Source of the DNA: Candidatus Woesearchaeota archaeon
Lineage (GTDB): Archaea > Nanobdellota > Nanobdellia > SCGC-AAA011-G17 > ARS1403
Assembly: GCA_964367085.1 (NCBI GenBank)
Contig: CAYIWL010000003.1
Span: 1 to 36,002 of the forward strand
DNA: 36,002 nt
Reading direction: 5' to 3'
The notes below the pieces were generated by a model, which had not been told where the DNA came from, searched no databases, and saw nothing but the letters and a program-made list of their open reading frames with translations. Shown here in pieces: positions 16,306-25,365 of this stretch; the first letter of the stretch is position 1, and every line of letters starts with the position of its first letter. The translations under genes and the position numbers were made by a program.

Positions 16306-16779
16306 TTACAAATTATAAACAGCCATCTGTTCTGAACATAGCCACCATCCAGCATTTCCGCTTTCCAATTCATCTTCAAACACAATCTGAGGGATAAATT
16401 TAATTACCTTAGGATTAAATTTTGGTTTCTCGACTTTAACACTAACTTTTTCATATCCTCCCAATACCTGCCTGGCTTTTTTAATCTCGACTTCGCTGTC
16501 TTTTTCATATCTGACTAAAAAATCATTCAACACTCTATCTTTCAAATTCTCAACATCAATAGTAAAAAAATCACCGCTATCTTTCACGTCGTCAACTCTT
16601 ATTTCAACCTTACTTCTGCAGGTATTCTGTGCAGTAGTCCTGTCCGTACTCTTCTGGCTCTCCTCTATAAATCCCCCAGATGAAAATTTAAATATCAAAA
16701 AGCTGACAACGACTACAAAAGAGATAAGTAAAACAACAACAATCAATTCGCTAACCCCTCTTTTTCCAAAAAATATCAT
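16306..16779 (-). CDS. Archaeal type IV pilin
   Basis: KRG/VSELIVVVLLISFVV. Confidence 0.85.
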   Translation of the reverse strand: MIFFGKRGVSELIVVVLLISFVVVVSFLIFKFSSGGFIEESQKSTDRTTAQNTCRSKVEIRVDDVKDSGDFFTIDVENLKDRVLNDFLVRYEKDSEVEIKKARQVLGGYEKVSVKVEKPKFNPKVIKFIPQIVFEDELESGNAGWWLCSEQMAVYNL

Positions 16780-17237
16780 TTCAACCAGGCTGATATTCTA
16801 TCCTCGCATCCTATTTCCTCGTCGTCAGAAATAATAACCGGAATTAGTTCTATCTTGTAAATATTTACAACGCCAGCAAAGATATTATGTTTGCAGCTCA
16901 CTTGTGGCAGGAATTTATCGCTGCCAGCAGGGCAATTCTTAGTAGAGAAATCAATTTCCTCATTGCCGATAGTATCTCCATATATTCTCAATACAGCTTT
17001 GTTAACTCCTAAAGTTCCACGATTTGTCATATTCAGGATTTTACCACCTGCTTCATCAAAGTTATCAAGGCTTATTCTAACATCAGCACACTCAACACTA
17101 TTTCCCATAGTGATTATTTTCTCGCTCACTCCTTCTTCCTGCTCTTTTGAAAACGTAGTAACAACAACAGCAATTGCAATCGCAGAAACAATCAAAAGTA
17201 CAGTGGCAACAATGCTAGCATCACCTTTTTTCATCAT
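16776..17237 (-). CDS. Archaeal type IV pilin
   Basis: KKG/DASIVATVLLIVSAIAI; NRG motif. Confidence 0.85.
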   Translation of the reverse strand: MMKKGDASIVATVLLIVSAIAIAVVVTTFSKEQEEGVSEKIITMGNSVECADVRISLDNFDEAGGKILNMTNRGTLGVNKAVLRIYGDTIGNEEIDFSTKNCPAGSDKFLPQVSCKHNIFAGVVNIYKIELIPVIISDDEEIGCEDRISAWLK

Positions 17238-17869
17238 CACACCTTCACAACCTTGACATAGTTCTCATCCAAGTTTTTAAAAATCAAGCTCTCGACTCTG
17301 TTGCTCTTTCCTATTGGCTTACTAAAATCATATTTATTGCCGTCGATGTAAATATTAATTTCATTCACATCACTATATTCCTTCACATAGTATCTTTTAT
17401 CTAAACTTTGAATATCGCTGGACTTCAAGAAAAAGTTCTTCCCGCTGCCAAAAGAAAAAGATAATCCGCCAGCATCACCCTGAGCAGGCTGCAAAACATT
17501 TTTGCCCTCACATCCTCCGCAGTCAGTTTCAATTGGGGTGCTCAAGAAATTGACAACCTTCCATGGACTTTCAGTATCTCTGTCGTCGTAAACAACCATC
17601 ACAAGCCCAACATTAAACCCGAGTTTAGTAAAAGCATTCAGCAGATTATCCTCGCTATCAAGATTTTCAACAAGACGCGCAGTAGGGTCACTTCCCTCAA
17701 GATAGCCAAGATCCATTACATATGCTCTCTCTCCTACAAAGTTCTCGACATAGAAATCAAAATTATCTTCTTCAGGAGGTTCAACTTTGTTAACAACCTT
17801 CAAAACCCCCCAAATAGCAATTACAAGCACAACTGCAGCTAAGATATAAACCTGACCTCTTTTATCCAT
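17237..17869 (-). CDS. Prepilin-like protein
   Basis: MDKRG/QVYILAAVVLVIAI. Confidence 0.8.
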   Translation of the reverse strand: MDKRGQVYILAAVVLVIAIWGVLKVVNKVEPPEEDNFDFYVENFVGERAYVMDLGYLEGSDPTARLVENLDSEDNLLNAFTKLGFNVGLVMVVYDDRDTESPWKVVNFLSTPIETDCGGCEGKNVLQPAQGDAGGLSFSFGSGKNFFLKSSDIQSLDKRYYVKEYSDVNEINIYIDGNKYDFSKPIGKSNRVESLIFKNLDENYVKVVKV

Positions 17870-17908
17870 GCACTAGCAAATACTTTCAATATATATAAAA
17901 TATTCGTA

Positions 17909-17981
17909 AGCCTTGGGAGAGGATTGAACTCTCGACCTCCACATTACCAATGTGACGCTCTACCAACTGAGCTACCAAGGC
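17909..17981 (-). tRNA. tRNA-Thr(GGU)
   Basis: GCCTTGG acceptor stem; CACA-TT-GGT-AA-TGTG anticodon arm; GTTCAATCC T arm. Confidence 0.95.
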
Positions 17982-18022
17982 ATAAAAATTCTCTAAGAAA
18001 AATTGTATTTAAAGATTATGGC

Positions 18023-18107
18023 TGCGAGAGACAGGATTTGAACCTGCGTAGGCACTAAGCCACAGGATCTTAAGTCCTGCCCGTTTTCCAGACTCCGGCA
18101 CTCTCGC
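18023..18107 (-). tRNA. tRNA-Leu(UAA)
   Basis: GCGAGAG stem; CAGGA-CT-TAA-GA-TCCTG; long variable arm. Confidence 0.95.
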
Positions 18108-18172
18108 ATAAACTCTCTCATAAAAATTAGCTATATAAAAGTTTTTATACAGAAACTTATTTGTAGCTTGCT

Positions 18173-18964
18173 ATGAAAAAGTATGTAATAGCATTGATTC
18201 TAATCCTATTCTTACAATCAGTTCTAGCCTACGAGTTAAAACAAGGAGAATCAACAGAGTTTGAAAGTAGAAAAATAACCGTAGTCGCATTGCAGCAAAG
18301 TAAAGCAGTTATCCAAGTTGATAGTGAGAAGAGAATAGTTAATTTAGGAAATTCGGAGGTAATTAGCGGAGTAAAAATCTCAGTAGCAGAAATTTTATAC
18401 ACTGGAGATGAATCATCAAAAATTACATTCAATGCTGCATTAACATATGTATGCGGAGATTCTGTTTGCAATCCAGGAGAAACCCAACAAAATTGCTGCT
18501 CAGACTGCAAATGCTCAGGCTCAGACAGATGCATCTCTTCAGGATGTATCCTTCCTCAATGTTTTCTAGATGAAGATTGCAATGATAATCAAGATTTGAC
18601 AAAAGACAGCTGCAAAGATTACAAATGCCAGCATCAAAAAATAAAATGCACAAAGGATGAGCAATGCAACGATAACAAGCCAGATACAGATGATTTCTGC
18701 AGCTCAGGAACATGTCAAAACCTTCCGCCAATATGCAAAACAGATGAAGAATGTGCAGACACAAATCCATGCACTCTCGATCAATGCATAAACAAGGACT
18801 GCAAATACACTCCAATAGAAAGTTGCACTCTCCCAGAAACAAGTGAAAAAGAAATTGAAGATAATAAAGAAGAACGAGAATCAGAAGAAAAAACAACTAC
18901 ATCAGAAGAACCAAAAAAGAATTTCTTCAAGAGAATTGTAAGCTGGATAAAGAATCTATTTTAA
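18173..18964 (+). CDS. Secreted Cys-rich repeat protein
   Basis: Signal peptide; CGDSVC; three CxDxxxxTxDxC repeats; acidic linker; amphipathic NFFKRIVSWIKNLF tail. Confidence 0.8.
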   Translation: MKKYVIALILILFLQSVLAYELKQGESTEFESRKITVVALQQSKAVIQVDSEKRIVNLGNSEVISGVKISVAEILYTGDESSKITFNAALTYVCGDSVCNPGETQQNCCSDCKCSGSDRCISSGCILPQCFLDEDCNDNQDLTKDSCKDYKCQHQKIKCTKDEQCNDNKPDTDDFCSSGTCQNLPPICKTDEECADTNPCTLDQCINKDCKYTPIESCTLPETSEKEIEDNKEERESEEKTTTSEEPKKNFFKRIVSWIKNLF

Positions 18965-19054
18965 AGCCCAAGGAGGGATTTGAACCCACGACTTATTGCT
19001 CTTTCTACAAAGCCTGTGTACGAAGCAATTACTCTACCACTGAGTTACTTGGGC
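18965..19054 (-). tRNA. tRNA-Thr(CGU) with an 18-nt intron at 37/38 (19001-19018)
   Basis: GCCCAAG stem; ATTGC-TT-CGT-A-[CACAGGCTTTGTAGAAAG]-A-GCAAT; GTTCAAATCCC. Confidence 0.9.
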
Positions 19055-19059
19055 TAAGC

Positions 19060-19206
19060 TCATAGCTCTTCTTTTACTTTGCCTTTATATTTTCTCTGGC
19101 ACTCGCTGCAAACAACTTTTCTTTTCCCATCAGCTTTAATATAAGCCCCTTTAATCTTCCCTAGAAAGCTTTCAATGATTTCATTCTTGCACAAGTCGCA
19201 CTTCAT
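19060..19206 (-). CDS. 48-aa zinc-finger protein (CxxC...CxxC)
   Basis: MKCDLCKNEIIESFLGKIKGAYIKADGKRKVVCSECQRK...; TATA upstream; below the ORF-track cutoff. Confidence 0.75.
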   Translation of the reverse strand: MKCDLCKNEIIESFLGKIKGAYIKADGKRKVVCSECQRKYKGKVKEEL

Positions 19207-19509
19207 CTAAATATAAAAAGCAGGATGTTTTAAATAATTAACGATAATAATGTAATAGTAGTTACTCTAATTTTCACTCAAAAATTAAATTCTTTCCACA
19301 TGCAATTTCTGTTGCAGAAAATATACCTTTCATTTTAATTTTATTTATATATGAATGAAGTTTACAAAAGGTAAAATGTTTGAACCGCCAAAAATAAGCT
19401 TCAAGACAATTAAGCAGAACAAAACACTTTCTGATTTCCAAGCAAAAAGAGAAGCATCACAGAACTAAATCTCAGAATCTCAGAAAAAATTATTTAAAAA
19501 AAGAAAAAA

Positions 19510-20322
19510 TTATTTAACAGGTTTCAGGTCATCCCAAACCACGTCAAACATCTGCTGCAATGCAGTCCCAAAATAAGGAGTTTTAACCCAAACGCCAACA
19601 TCATAGCTCGGATGCACATTTTCATCATCCATCACCATGAACATCACATCTTTTCCGTCGACAATCAAAAATCTCGCATTCATGTTATCAAGGGCTTTTA
19701 CTTCAGCAATTTTCCCAATTTCCTTGGCAACTTTAACTGCATCTTTATCCATGCTCGCAGCAATTCTTATGTTTACATTTTTCTTCTTCAATCTCTCAAG
19801 CTCAGGTTTCAAAGCCTCAATTTTTCTGACAAGGCCTTTTCCAGTAGTAACTAGCACAATAGATTTCTCAGCCTGTTTGATCAAAGTTTCCATATGAGTG
19901 TAAAGATTAGGCCTTCCTCTTAGCGCCCCACTCAAATCAGTAGGTTCAATAAACTGTATTCCTTGTTTATGCAATAAATCAAGCTCGCCAAGAACATCAG
20001 TTTTCTTTAAATTAGTCAAACTTTTTACTCTTTCTTCTGCAGCTCTCAGCATATATTTTTTAACTCTTTCAACGACTTCATTAGGATCAACAGCTAAATA
20101 TTTTATCGGCTTTCCAAGTTTCATAGTCACAAAACCTTTTTTCTCAAGGCTTTCAAGAACATCATACGCCCTACTTCTAGGAACATTCCCAATATCAGAC
20201 AGCTCGCCAGCAGTACTCACCCCCCTAGAAAGCAATGCAGTCCAAATCTTAACTTCATATAAATTCAACCCAAATAATTGCCTCAACCTGCTCAGAAACT
20301 CATCCTTAACAATCATGATCAA
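19510..20322 (-). CDS. TrmB family transcriptional regulator
   Basis: GLNLYEVKIWTALL...VPRSRAYDVLESLEKKGF; PLD-like C-terminal domain. Confidence 0.9.
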   Translation of the reverse strand: MIMIVKDEFLSRLRQLFGLNLYEVKIWTALLSRGVSTAGELSDIGNVPRSRAYDVLESLEKKGFVTMKLGKPIKYLAVDPNEVVERVKKYMLRAAEERVKSLTNLKKTDVLGELDLLHKQGIQFIEPTDLSGALRGRPNLYTHMETLIKQAEKSIVLVTTGKGLVRKIEALKPELERLKKKNVNIRIAASMDKDAVKVAKEIGKIAEVKALDNMNARFLIVDGKDVMFMVMDDENVHPSYDVGVWVKTPYFGTALQQMFDVVWDDLKPVK

Positions 20323-20407
20323 ACCTCCTTTTTACGATTGTAACCATCATCAATTCAGTACAGTTATTCACTACAATTAAAAGTAAAAATGAAGGAAGTA
20401 TATAAAT

Positions 20408-22096
20408 CTATTGCTTGTCTAAATGTTTTCCTCTTTGAGAATTATAAATTTTCTTAATGTCTTCAAATGTGTTCACATCTTTAATGTTTTTTTCGTCGAT
20501 ACGCAACCTAAGAACTTTTGGAAACCTAAGTGCAAATCCAGAGCTATAACCCGGACTTTTTTGTATCTCTTCATATCCAACTTCAATAATTATTTTTGCT
20601 TTCACCTCGACTTCTTTTCCTTTTTGTTTTTCAATAAGAGGTTTCAGTAATCTAGTAATCTCTTTGTAAGTAAGCCCTTCAGATTTTTCCTTCACGCCTG
20701 TAGAAACTTTTCCAGCATCCAAAAATTTATCTCCAGACCTGCATGCAACAGTATAGCTCGTCAGCCATCCAGTTCTTTTTCCCTCGCCATATTCAGCTTT
20801 CACAATCACAAGATCAAGCGGCTCTAAAATGTTTTTCATTTTCATCCAGCCATTTACATATCTTCCTGGCCGGTATTTGCTTTCGAGATTTTTAGCCATT
20901 ATTCCCTCAAAACCCTCCATCAAAATTTTTCTGAAATATTCCTCCGCTCTTTTTTTATCATCAGTAACAATCTTTTCTGTCAGAACAACTTCATTTCTCT
21001 TTTCCTTCACAGCATTTTCAAGTATCTTTCTTCTCTCAATTAAAGAGCGCTCCATTAAATTCTCGCCATTGAAATAAATAATATCAAACAAGTCAAGCTC
21101 GACAGGAAATTTTTCAGCCATTTCTTTGATGTTGTATTTTCTTTTTATTCTCTGAGAGACAGTTTGGAAAGGAAGATATTTTCCACTTTTTTTATCATAT
21201 CCAACGGCTTCTCCGTCAAGAATGTAATTTTCTCCTTTGATGTGTTTTTTCAAAAAATCTACAAGGTCGGGAAACTGCTCAGTAACTTCCTCCATTCTTC
21301 TGGTAAATAATTTTATCTTGCTTCCATCAAAATGGCATTGCAGTCTAAATCCATCGATTTTATTTTCAATCTGAATCTTTTCTCCAAGAGCTTCAAAGCA
21401 TTCTTCAATACTGCCAGCAAGAATCGCAAGCATGCATTTAACAGGCTTCCCGACTTTCAAGCCGATGTTTTTTAATTTTTTTTCTTTTGCTAGCTCTGCA
21501 ACCTCACCATAATCTCCGCTCAAATCAGCAGCATTTTCAATCTCGCTAGTTTCAATTTCAAATGCTTTTGCAATCCCCTCTCTTATAATTCCAGAGCTAA
21601 CCCCAATCCTTAAATTTTCCAAGACAGTTCTCACGATGTACTTAGCTTCTTCCCCATCGGCACTGCTCAGAAGTTCAGTTATCAGTCTTATCTTCCTGTC
21701 AACAGTTCCTTTCCCTTCAAGCCCGGCAAGTTTCCTTATGTTCTCCATCACCTTACTGCTATCGACTTCTCGGGAATACAAAGTAGACTGTTTTCTTTTA
21801 ACAATAATATCTTCAGCAACAAGCCCAAGATCCCCTTTTTTCCTGAAAAGATTTTCAATTTTATCAACGCTCTCACCACTAGCAACGCTCAATGCTTTTA
21901 TCATCAATCTATTGCTAAACCCGATTTTCCTCTTGTCCCACTCTGGAAAAATTCTCCCCTCAAGCAGGTAAACAATCTCTCTCAGCTCATCTTTTCTAGC
22001 TTTTTTTAAAGTCTCAGAAATAATTTCAATCTTCTCCAGCCTTTTGCTCGTTCTTTCAAGCTTGTTGTAAACATCCACTAAGCTGCTGTATTTCAT
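20408..22096 (-). CDS. lig: ATP-dependent DNA ligase
   Basis: ENKIDGFR (motif I), LDGEAV, FDIIY, EGIMAK, WMKMK, ALRFPK. Confidence 0.97.
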   Translation of the reverse strand: MKYSSLVDVYNKLERTSKRLEKIEIISETLKKARKDELREIVYLLEGRIFPEWDKRKIGFSNRLMIKALSVASGESVDKIENLFRKKGDLGLVAEDIIVKRKQSTLYSREVDSSKVMENIRKLAGLEGKGTVDRKIRLITELLSSADGEEAKYIVRTVLENLRIGVSSGIIREGIAKAFEIETSEIENAADLSGDYGEVAELAKEKKLKNIGLKVGKPVKCMLAILAGSIEECFEALGEKIQIENKIDGFRLQCHFDGSKIKLFTRRMEEVTEQFPDLVDFLKKHIKGENYILDGEAVGYDKKSGKYLPFQTVSQRIKRKYNIKEMAEKFPVELDLFDIIYFNGENLMERSLIERRKILENAVKEKRNEVVLTEKIVTDDKKRAEEYFRKILMEGFEGIMAKNLESKYRPGRYVNGWMKMKNILEPLDLVIVKAEYGEGKRTGWLTSYTVACRSGDKFLDAGKVSTGVKEKSEGLTYKEITRLLKPLIEKQKGKEVEVKAKIIIEVGYEEIQKSPGYSSGFALRFPKVLRLRIDEKNIKDVNTFEDIKKIYNSQRGKHLDKQ

Positions 22097-22135
22097 AAAA
22101 ACATTTAAATATCAGGCTGCTTTAAAATCTTTTGT

Positions 22136-22717
22136 ATGGATCTATTCACTTGCATCAAAAATACAATTCAGGTAAAGTCATATTTGGATAAAGATGTAAA
22201 GCATAAAGACATTGCAAAAATTCTGGACGCAGCACATTTTGCTTCCTCATCAGGAAATATTCAAAACTGGCGCTTTATAACTGTGAGAAACCGCGCAACA
22301 AAAGAGGAGATAGCGAGGGCATGCCTAGAACAGCTGTGGATTCAGGAAGCTCCTGTACTTATCGTTGTTTGCTCTGACAATTCAAATGTAAAATCATTTT
22401 ATCCGAAGAACTGGAAAAAATTCTCCATAGAAAACTGCGCAGCCGCTACTCAAAACATCCTTTTACAGGCAACTAGTCTGGGGTTATCTTCTTCATGGAT
22501 TAAAAGTTTTAACACGTTAAAATTGAAAAACATTCTAAACATTCCGGATGAAGTTTCTGTAGAGGCAATTGTCACAATAGGATATTCAAAAGAAAAGCCG
22601 ATAGAAAAAAGGCACAAGCTGGAAGAGCTCACTTTCTTTGAAGCATACGGTGCAAGAAGAAGAGATGTTTCTGTATTCCCGCTGGGAAAGCATCTTGCTA
22701 AATTTAAGAAGGTTTAA
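22136..22717 (+). CDS. Nitroreductase family protein
   Basis: ASSSGNIQNWRFI; QNILLQATSLGLSSSWI; TIGY. Confidence 0.9.
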   Translation: MDLFTCIKNTIQVKSYLDKDVKHKDIAKILDAAHFASSSGNIQNWRFITVRNRATKEEIARACLEQLWIQEAPVLIVVCSDNSNVKSFYPKNWKKFSIENCAAATQNILLQATSLGLSSSWIKSFNTLKLKNILNIPDEVSVEAIVTIGYSKEKPIEKRHKLEELTFFEAYGARRRDVSVFPLGKHLAKFKKV

Positions 22718-22738
22718 TAGATATTATTCCGATTTAAA

Positions 22739-23422
22739 ATGGTCACTAAACAAATTACAGATGTTTTCTACGATAAATTTGCAAATATTACTCGATTCAA
22801 GGCATGGAGAAAATATCTTCGCTGGGCATACAACAAAACTCTTGAAGATACAAAGAGTGTAAACGTAGTATCTATTTCGAAAAGAGTTAATCCAAAATGC
22901 CTTCTATGTGGTGTTAGTGGTGAAGTTACTGCTGAAGAATATATTGACTTCACCATAAAAACCAACCCGAGTTCATATATTAATATAATTGATTTAGGAA
23001 ACCCCCAAATCCAGAGTGTTCAAAATCTTGTTGCAAAAAAATATCCGAAAGATAGGATAATCGTTAAAAATGCAAACGCTTTGAACCTCAACTTCATAAA
23101 AAATCATAGTATTGATTGGATTGACACAGATGGATTTCTTGCTTACTTTGATGATACTATGCTTTTAAGATTAGTGATAGAATGGAAAAGGATACTAAAG
23201 AAAGACGGATATATCACTTTTAGAGAATGTTCAGGAGAAGGGATTATAGGCATAGTTATCAATAAAACAAGACTTTCAATTGGGAATAGATGGATGCCAA
23301 GGATATTACATGAGCATACTACTAAAAAAATACGGACTATTTTTGAAAATGAGGGATTTACACTAATAACGAAACCTACCTTTATTCCAACGGTGGATAG
23401 ATTTTTAATATATAACTCTTAG
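22739..23422 (+). CDS. Class I SAM-dependent methyltransferase-like protein
   Basis: LLCGVSG (degenerate motif I), IIDL, ANALNLNF, EWKRILKKDG. Confidence 0.75.
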   Translation: MVTKQITDVFYDKFANITRFKAWRKYLRWAYNKTLEDTKSVNVVSISKRVNPKCLLCGVSGEVTAEEYIDFTIKTNPSSYINIIDLGNPQIQSVQNLVAKKYPKDRIIVKNANALNLNFIKNHSIDWIDTDGFLAYFDDTMLLRLVIEWKRILKKDGYITFRECSGEGIIGIVINKTRLSIGNRWMPRILHEHTTKKIRTIFENEGFTLITKPTFIPTVDRFLIYNS

Positions 23423-23465
23423 TCAGCGATTCCTATTAATTTAAAAATAAATTAAAAAATATAAT

Positions 23466-23481
23466 GGCACCAAAAGCTATA
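23466..23481. repeat. 16-bp direct repeat GGCACCAAAAGCTATA (also 25302-25317; partial at 24091-24101)
   Basis: Exact match read from the sequence. Confidence 0.85.
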
Positions 23482-23494
23482 ATATTGTTTTTAG

Positions 23495-23746
23495 TCAGCT
23501 TTCATAAACATTCTTTCTGTGCCCTGCCTTCAAGATTATTAAAGTTTTAGTAGAATGATCAACATCAATTATTAATCTATAATCTCCAACTCTTAACTTA
23601 AATCCTTCCTTCTCTTCAAGATGCTCAAGAAAGTGAAAAGGATTTTCTTTGCATTGTTGGAGTTTATTCCAAATTCTTTCTTTATCTTTCTTATCTAGTT
23701 TATTCAAAAAATCAGTAGCTTTCTTATCAAATCTAAGCTCATACAT
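23495..23746 (-). CDS. relE: RelE family toxin
   Basis: FKLRVGDYRLII...GHRKNVYE. Confidence 0.9.
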   Translation of the reverse strand: MYELRFDKKATDFLNKLDKKDKERIWNKLQQCKENPFHFLEHLEEKEGFKLRVGDYRLIIDVDHSTKTLIILKAGHRKNVYES

Positions 23747-23748
23747 TT

Positions 23749-23985
23749 TTACAAGCCAAGAATCTTCTTAACCTCATTCTCGGTATAGAACTCCCCTTTT
23801 TTGATTCTCTCCCTCGCTTCTTTTATCTCAAGAATAGTTTTCTGGCTAAGTTTCGGTTCTTTTTCAGTTAGTTTAGCTAAGTAGATAAGTTTTCTGACAA
23901 GCTCGTCATAACTCTCACGCTTATATTGTTTAAAGGAGTCAAGTTCTGTTTTTGTCGTCTGATTTAGTCTTATTGTCGTCTCCAT
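23749..23985 (-). CDS. Antitoxin (RHH-like)
   Basis: METTIRL...ESYDELVRKL...EARERIKKGEFYT; palindrome TATACAATTGTATA at 23985-23998. Confidence 0.85.
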   Translation of the reverse strand: METTIRLNQTTKTELDSFKQYKRESYDELVRKLIYLAKLTEKEPKLSQKTILEIKEARERIKKGEFYTENEVKKILGL

Positions 23986-24103
23986 ATACAATTGTATACA
24001 TATGTAGATTTTATAAGTCTTTTGGTCAGTGAAATTTTTTAACCAAGATAAATCTTCTAAAATAATTTAAAAAATATAAAAAAGTGAAAAGGGCACCAAA
24101 ATA

Positions 24104-24451
24104 TTATTTATATCCTAATTTTTTGTTATAATCTTTGTGATCCAAAACATCCAAAATAAAAGCAATGATTTCAATTTTACTCTCTCCATCTGTTAAGGTA
24201 TACATCATTCTCCAAAAATTTGGAAGCTCAACCCTGAATAGATTAGTCACACCATACTTAACTTTGTATTCATTTGGAATAAGCGTCTTGGCAATTGGAT
24301 CACCATAATGAATATTCACTTTTATCAACTCTACCTTTTTATTGATCGCATTCAGAATTGATCTGTCTACTTTTGAATTTAAAGCAATTTCATTTAAATG
24401 TTTATATACTTCTTCAGCTTCGGGAGAGAAGATTACTCTAACATCCCTCAT
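24104..24451 (-). CDS. RelE-like toxin
   Basis: YGVTNLFRVELPNFWRMMYTL...DHKDYNKKLGY. Confidence 0.7.
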   Translation of the reverse strand: MRDVRVIFSPEAEEVYKHLNEIALNSKVDRSILNAINKKVELIKVNIHYGDPIAKTLIPNEYKVKYGVTNLFRVELPNFWRMMYTLTDGESKIEIIAFILDVLDHKDYNKKLGYK

Positions 24452-24735
24452 AACTCAAGACCTTCTTTTATTGCATTCCGGATATTTGGATTTAGGTTGT
24501 GGATCCATGTAATCCCTTTTATCGATACTGCTATCTTATTGCTTTCCTCGAGGTATTCAAGAATTATCTTAAGAGTGTTATGGTTGATTTGTTTTGGTAG
24601 TCTTCTCTTAATTTCAGCTATTGTTACTATACTATCATCCATATTTTTCAGTGTTTGCTCTACCATAAGCACAGTATTTAAAGTAGGAGAATGCTCCAGT
24701 TTTCCCTTTTCTATCGATTCTAGCATTTTAGTCAC
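24448..24735 (-). CDS. wHTH antitoxin-like protein
   Basis: PTLNTVLMVE...TLKIILEYLEESNKI; ATGA overlap with the toxin. Confidence 0.7.
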   Translation of the reverse strand: MTKMLESIEKGKLEHSPTLNTVLMVEQTLKNMDDSIVTIAEIKRRLPKQINHNTLKIILEYLEESNKIAVSIKGITWIHNLNPNIRNAIKEGLEL

Positions 24736-24868
24736 TAAACATAATTAATTAATAACTAATTATTATTAACTTATATATAAAACTTTTGGTTAGTTAAAAG
24801 CAATTCAATGTTCTATTAACAAAGCATCTTGAGAAATTAAAGAAAATAATATCAACAAAAAACAAATT

Positions 24869-25252
24869 TTAGTTAGTTGGAAAGTATTTTCCGATAACGT
24901 TTTTTAAATTTGCAGTAAAATTATTATAATCTCCCTTATCAATATAATCAGTTGCTCCTATTTTCATTGCTTCTGATCTAGTTTCTTCAATTCTATCTCC
25001 ACTAACCATACAAATAGGAACTTTAGAATTAAATCCTCTTATTTGAGTGATTGCAAACAAACCGCTCATTAAAGGCATATCGTTATCTGTAAATATCAAA
25101 TCATAGTCTCCTTCTTTAACTTTCTCAACAAGGTCTCTACCATTCGAAACTCCTTCAACTTCTGTTTTAGAAAAATGTCTAATCGCTCTTATATAAGTTT
25201 CTCTTACTTTGTCATCGTCCTCAGCAATAATAATTGTCATTAAAGTCTCCAA
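24869..25252 (-). CDS. Stand-alone response-regulator receiver (CheY-like)
   Basis: IAEDD, DLIFTDNDMPLMSG, MVSG, GATDYIDK. Confidence 0.9.
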   Translation of the reverse strand: METLMTIIIAEDDDKVRETYIRAIRHFSKTEVEGVSNGRDLVEKVKEGDYDLIFTDNDMPLMSGLFAITQIRGFNSKVPICMVSGDRIEETRSEAMKIGATDYIDKGDYNNFTANLKNVIGKYFPTN

Positions 25253-25365
25253 AAGAATAAAATCTTATAAGCCTATCGCAAAAAAATAAATAGAAAGAAA
25301 GGGCACCAAAAGCTATAGGGGGTTAAGAGAAGCCAAGTAAGGTGCCCTTGGAAAACATTATTCTC

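Noticed and set aside
9295-17869. Archaellum operon
   Set aside because: No recognisable archaellin, ArlH, ArlF/G or chemotaxis genes; a pilus is the better fit.
17909-19054. tRNA-targeted integrated element
   Set aside because: No integrase and no duplicated tRNA 3' end were seen.
19355-19468. 37-aa ORF MKFTKGKMFEPPK...TLSDFQ
   Set aside because: Possible small protein, but there is no motif or independent support.
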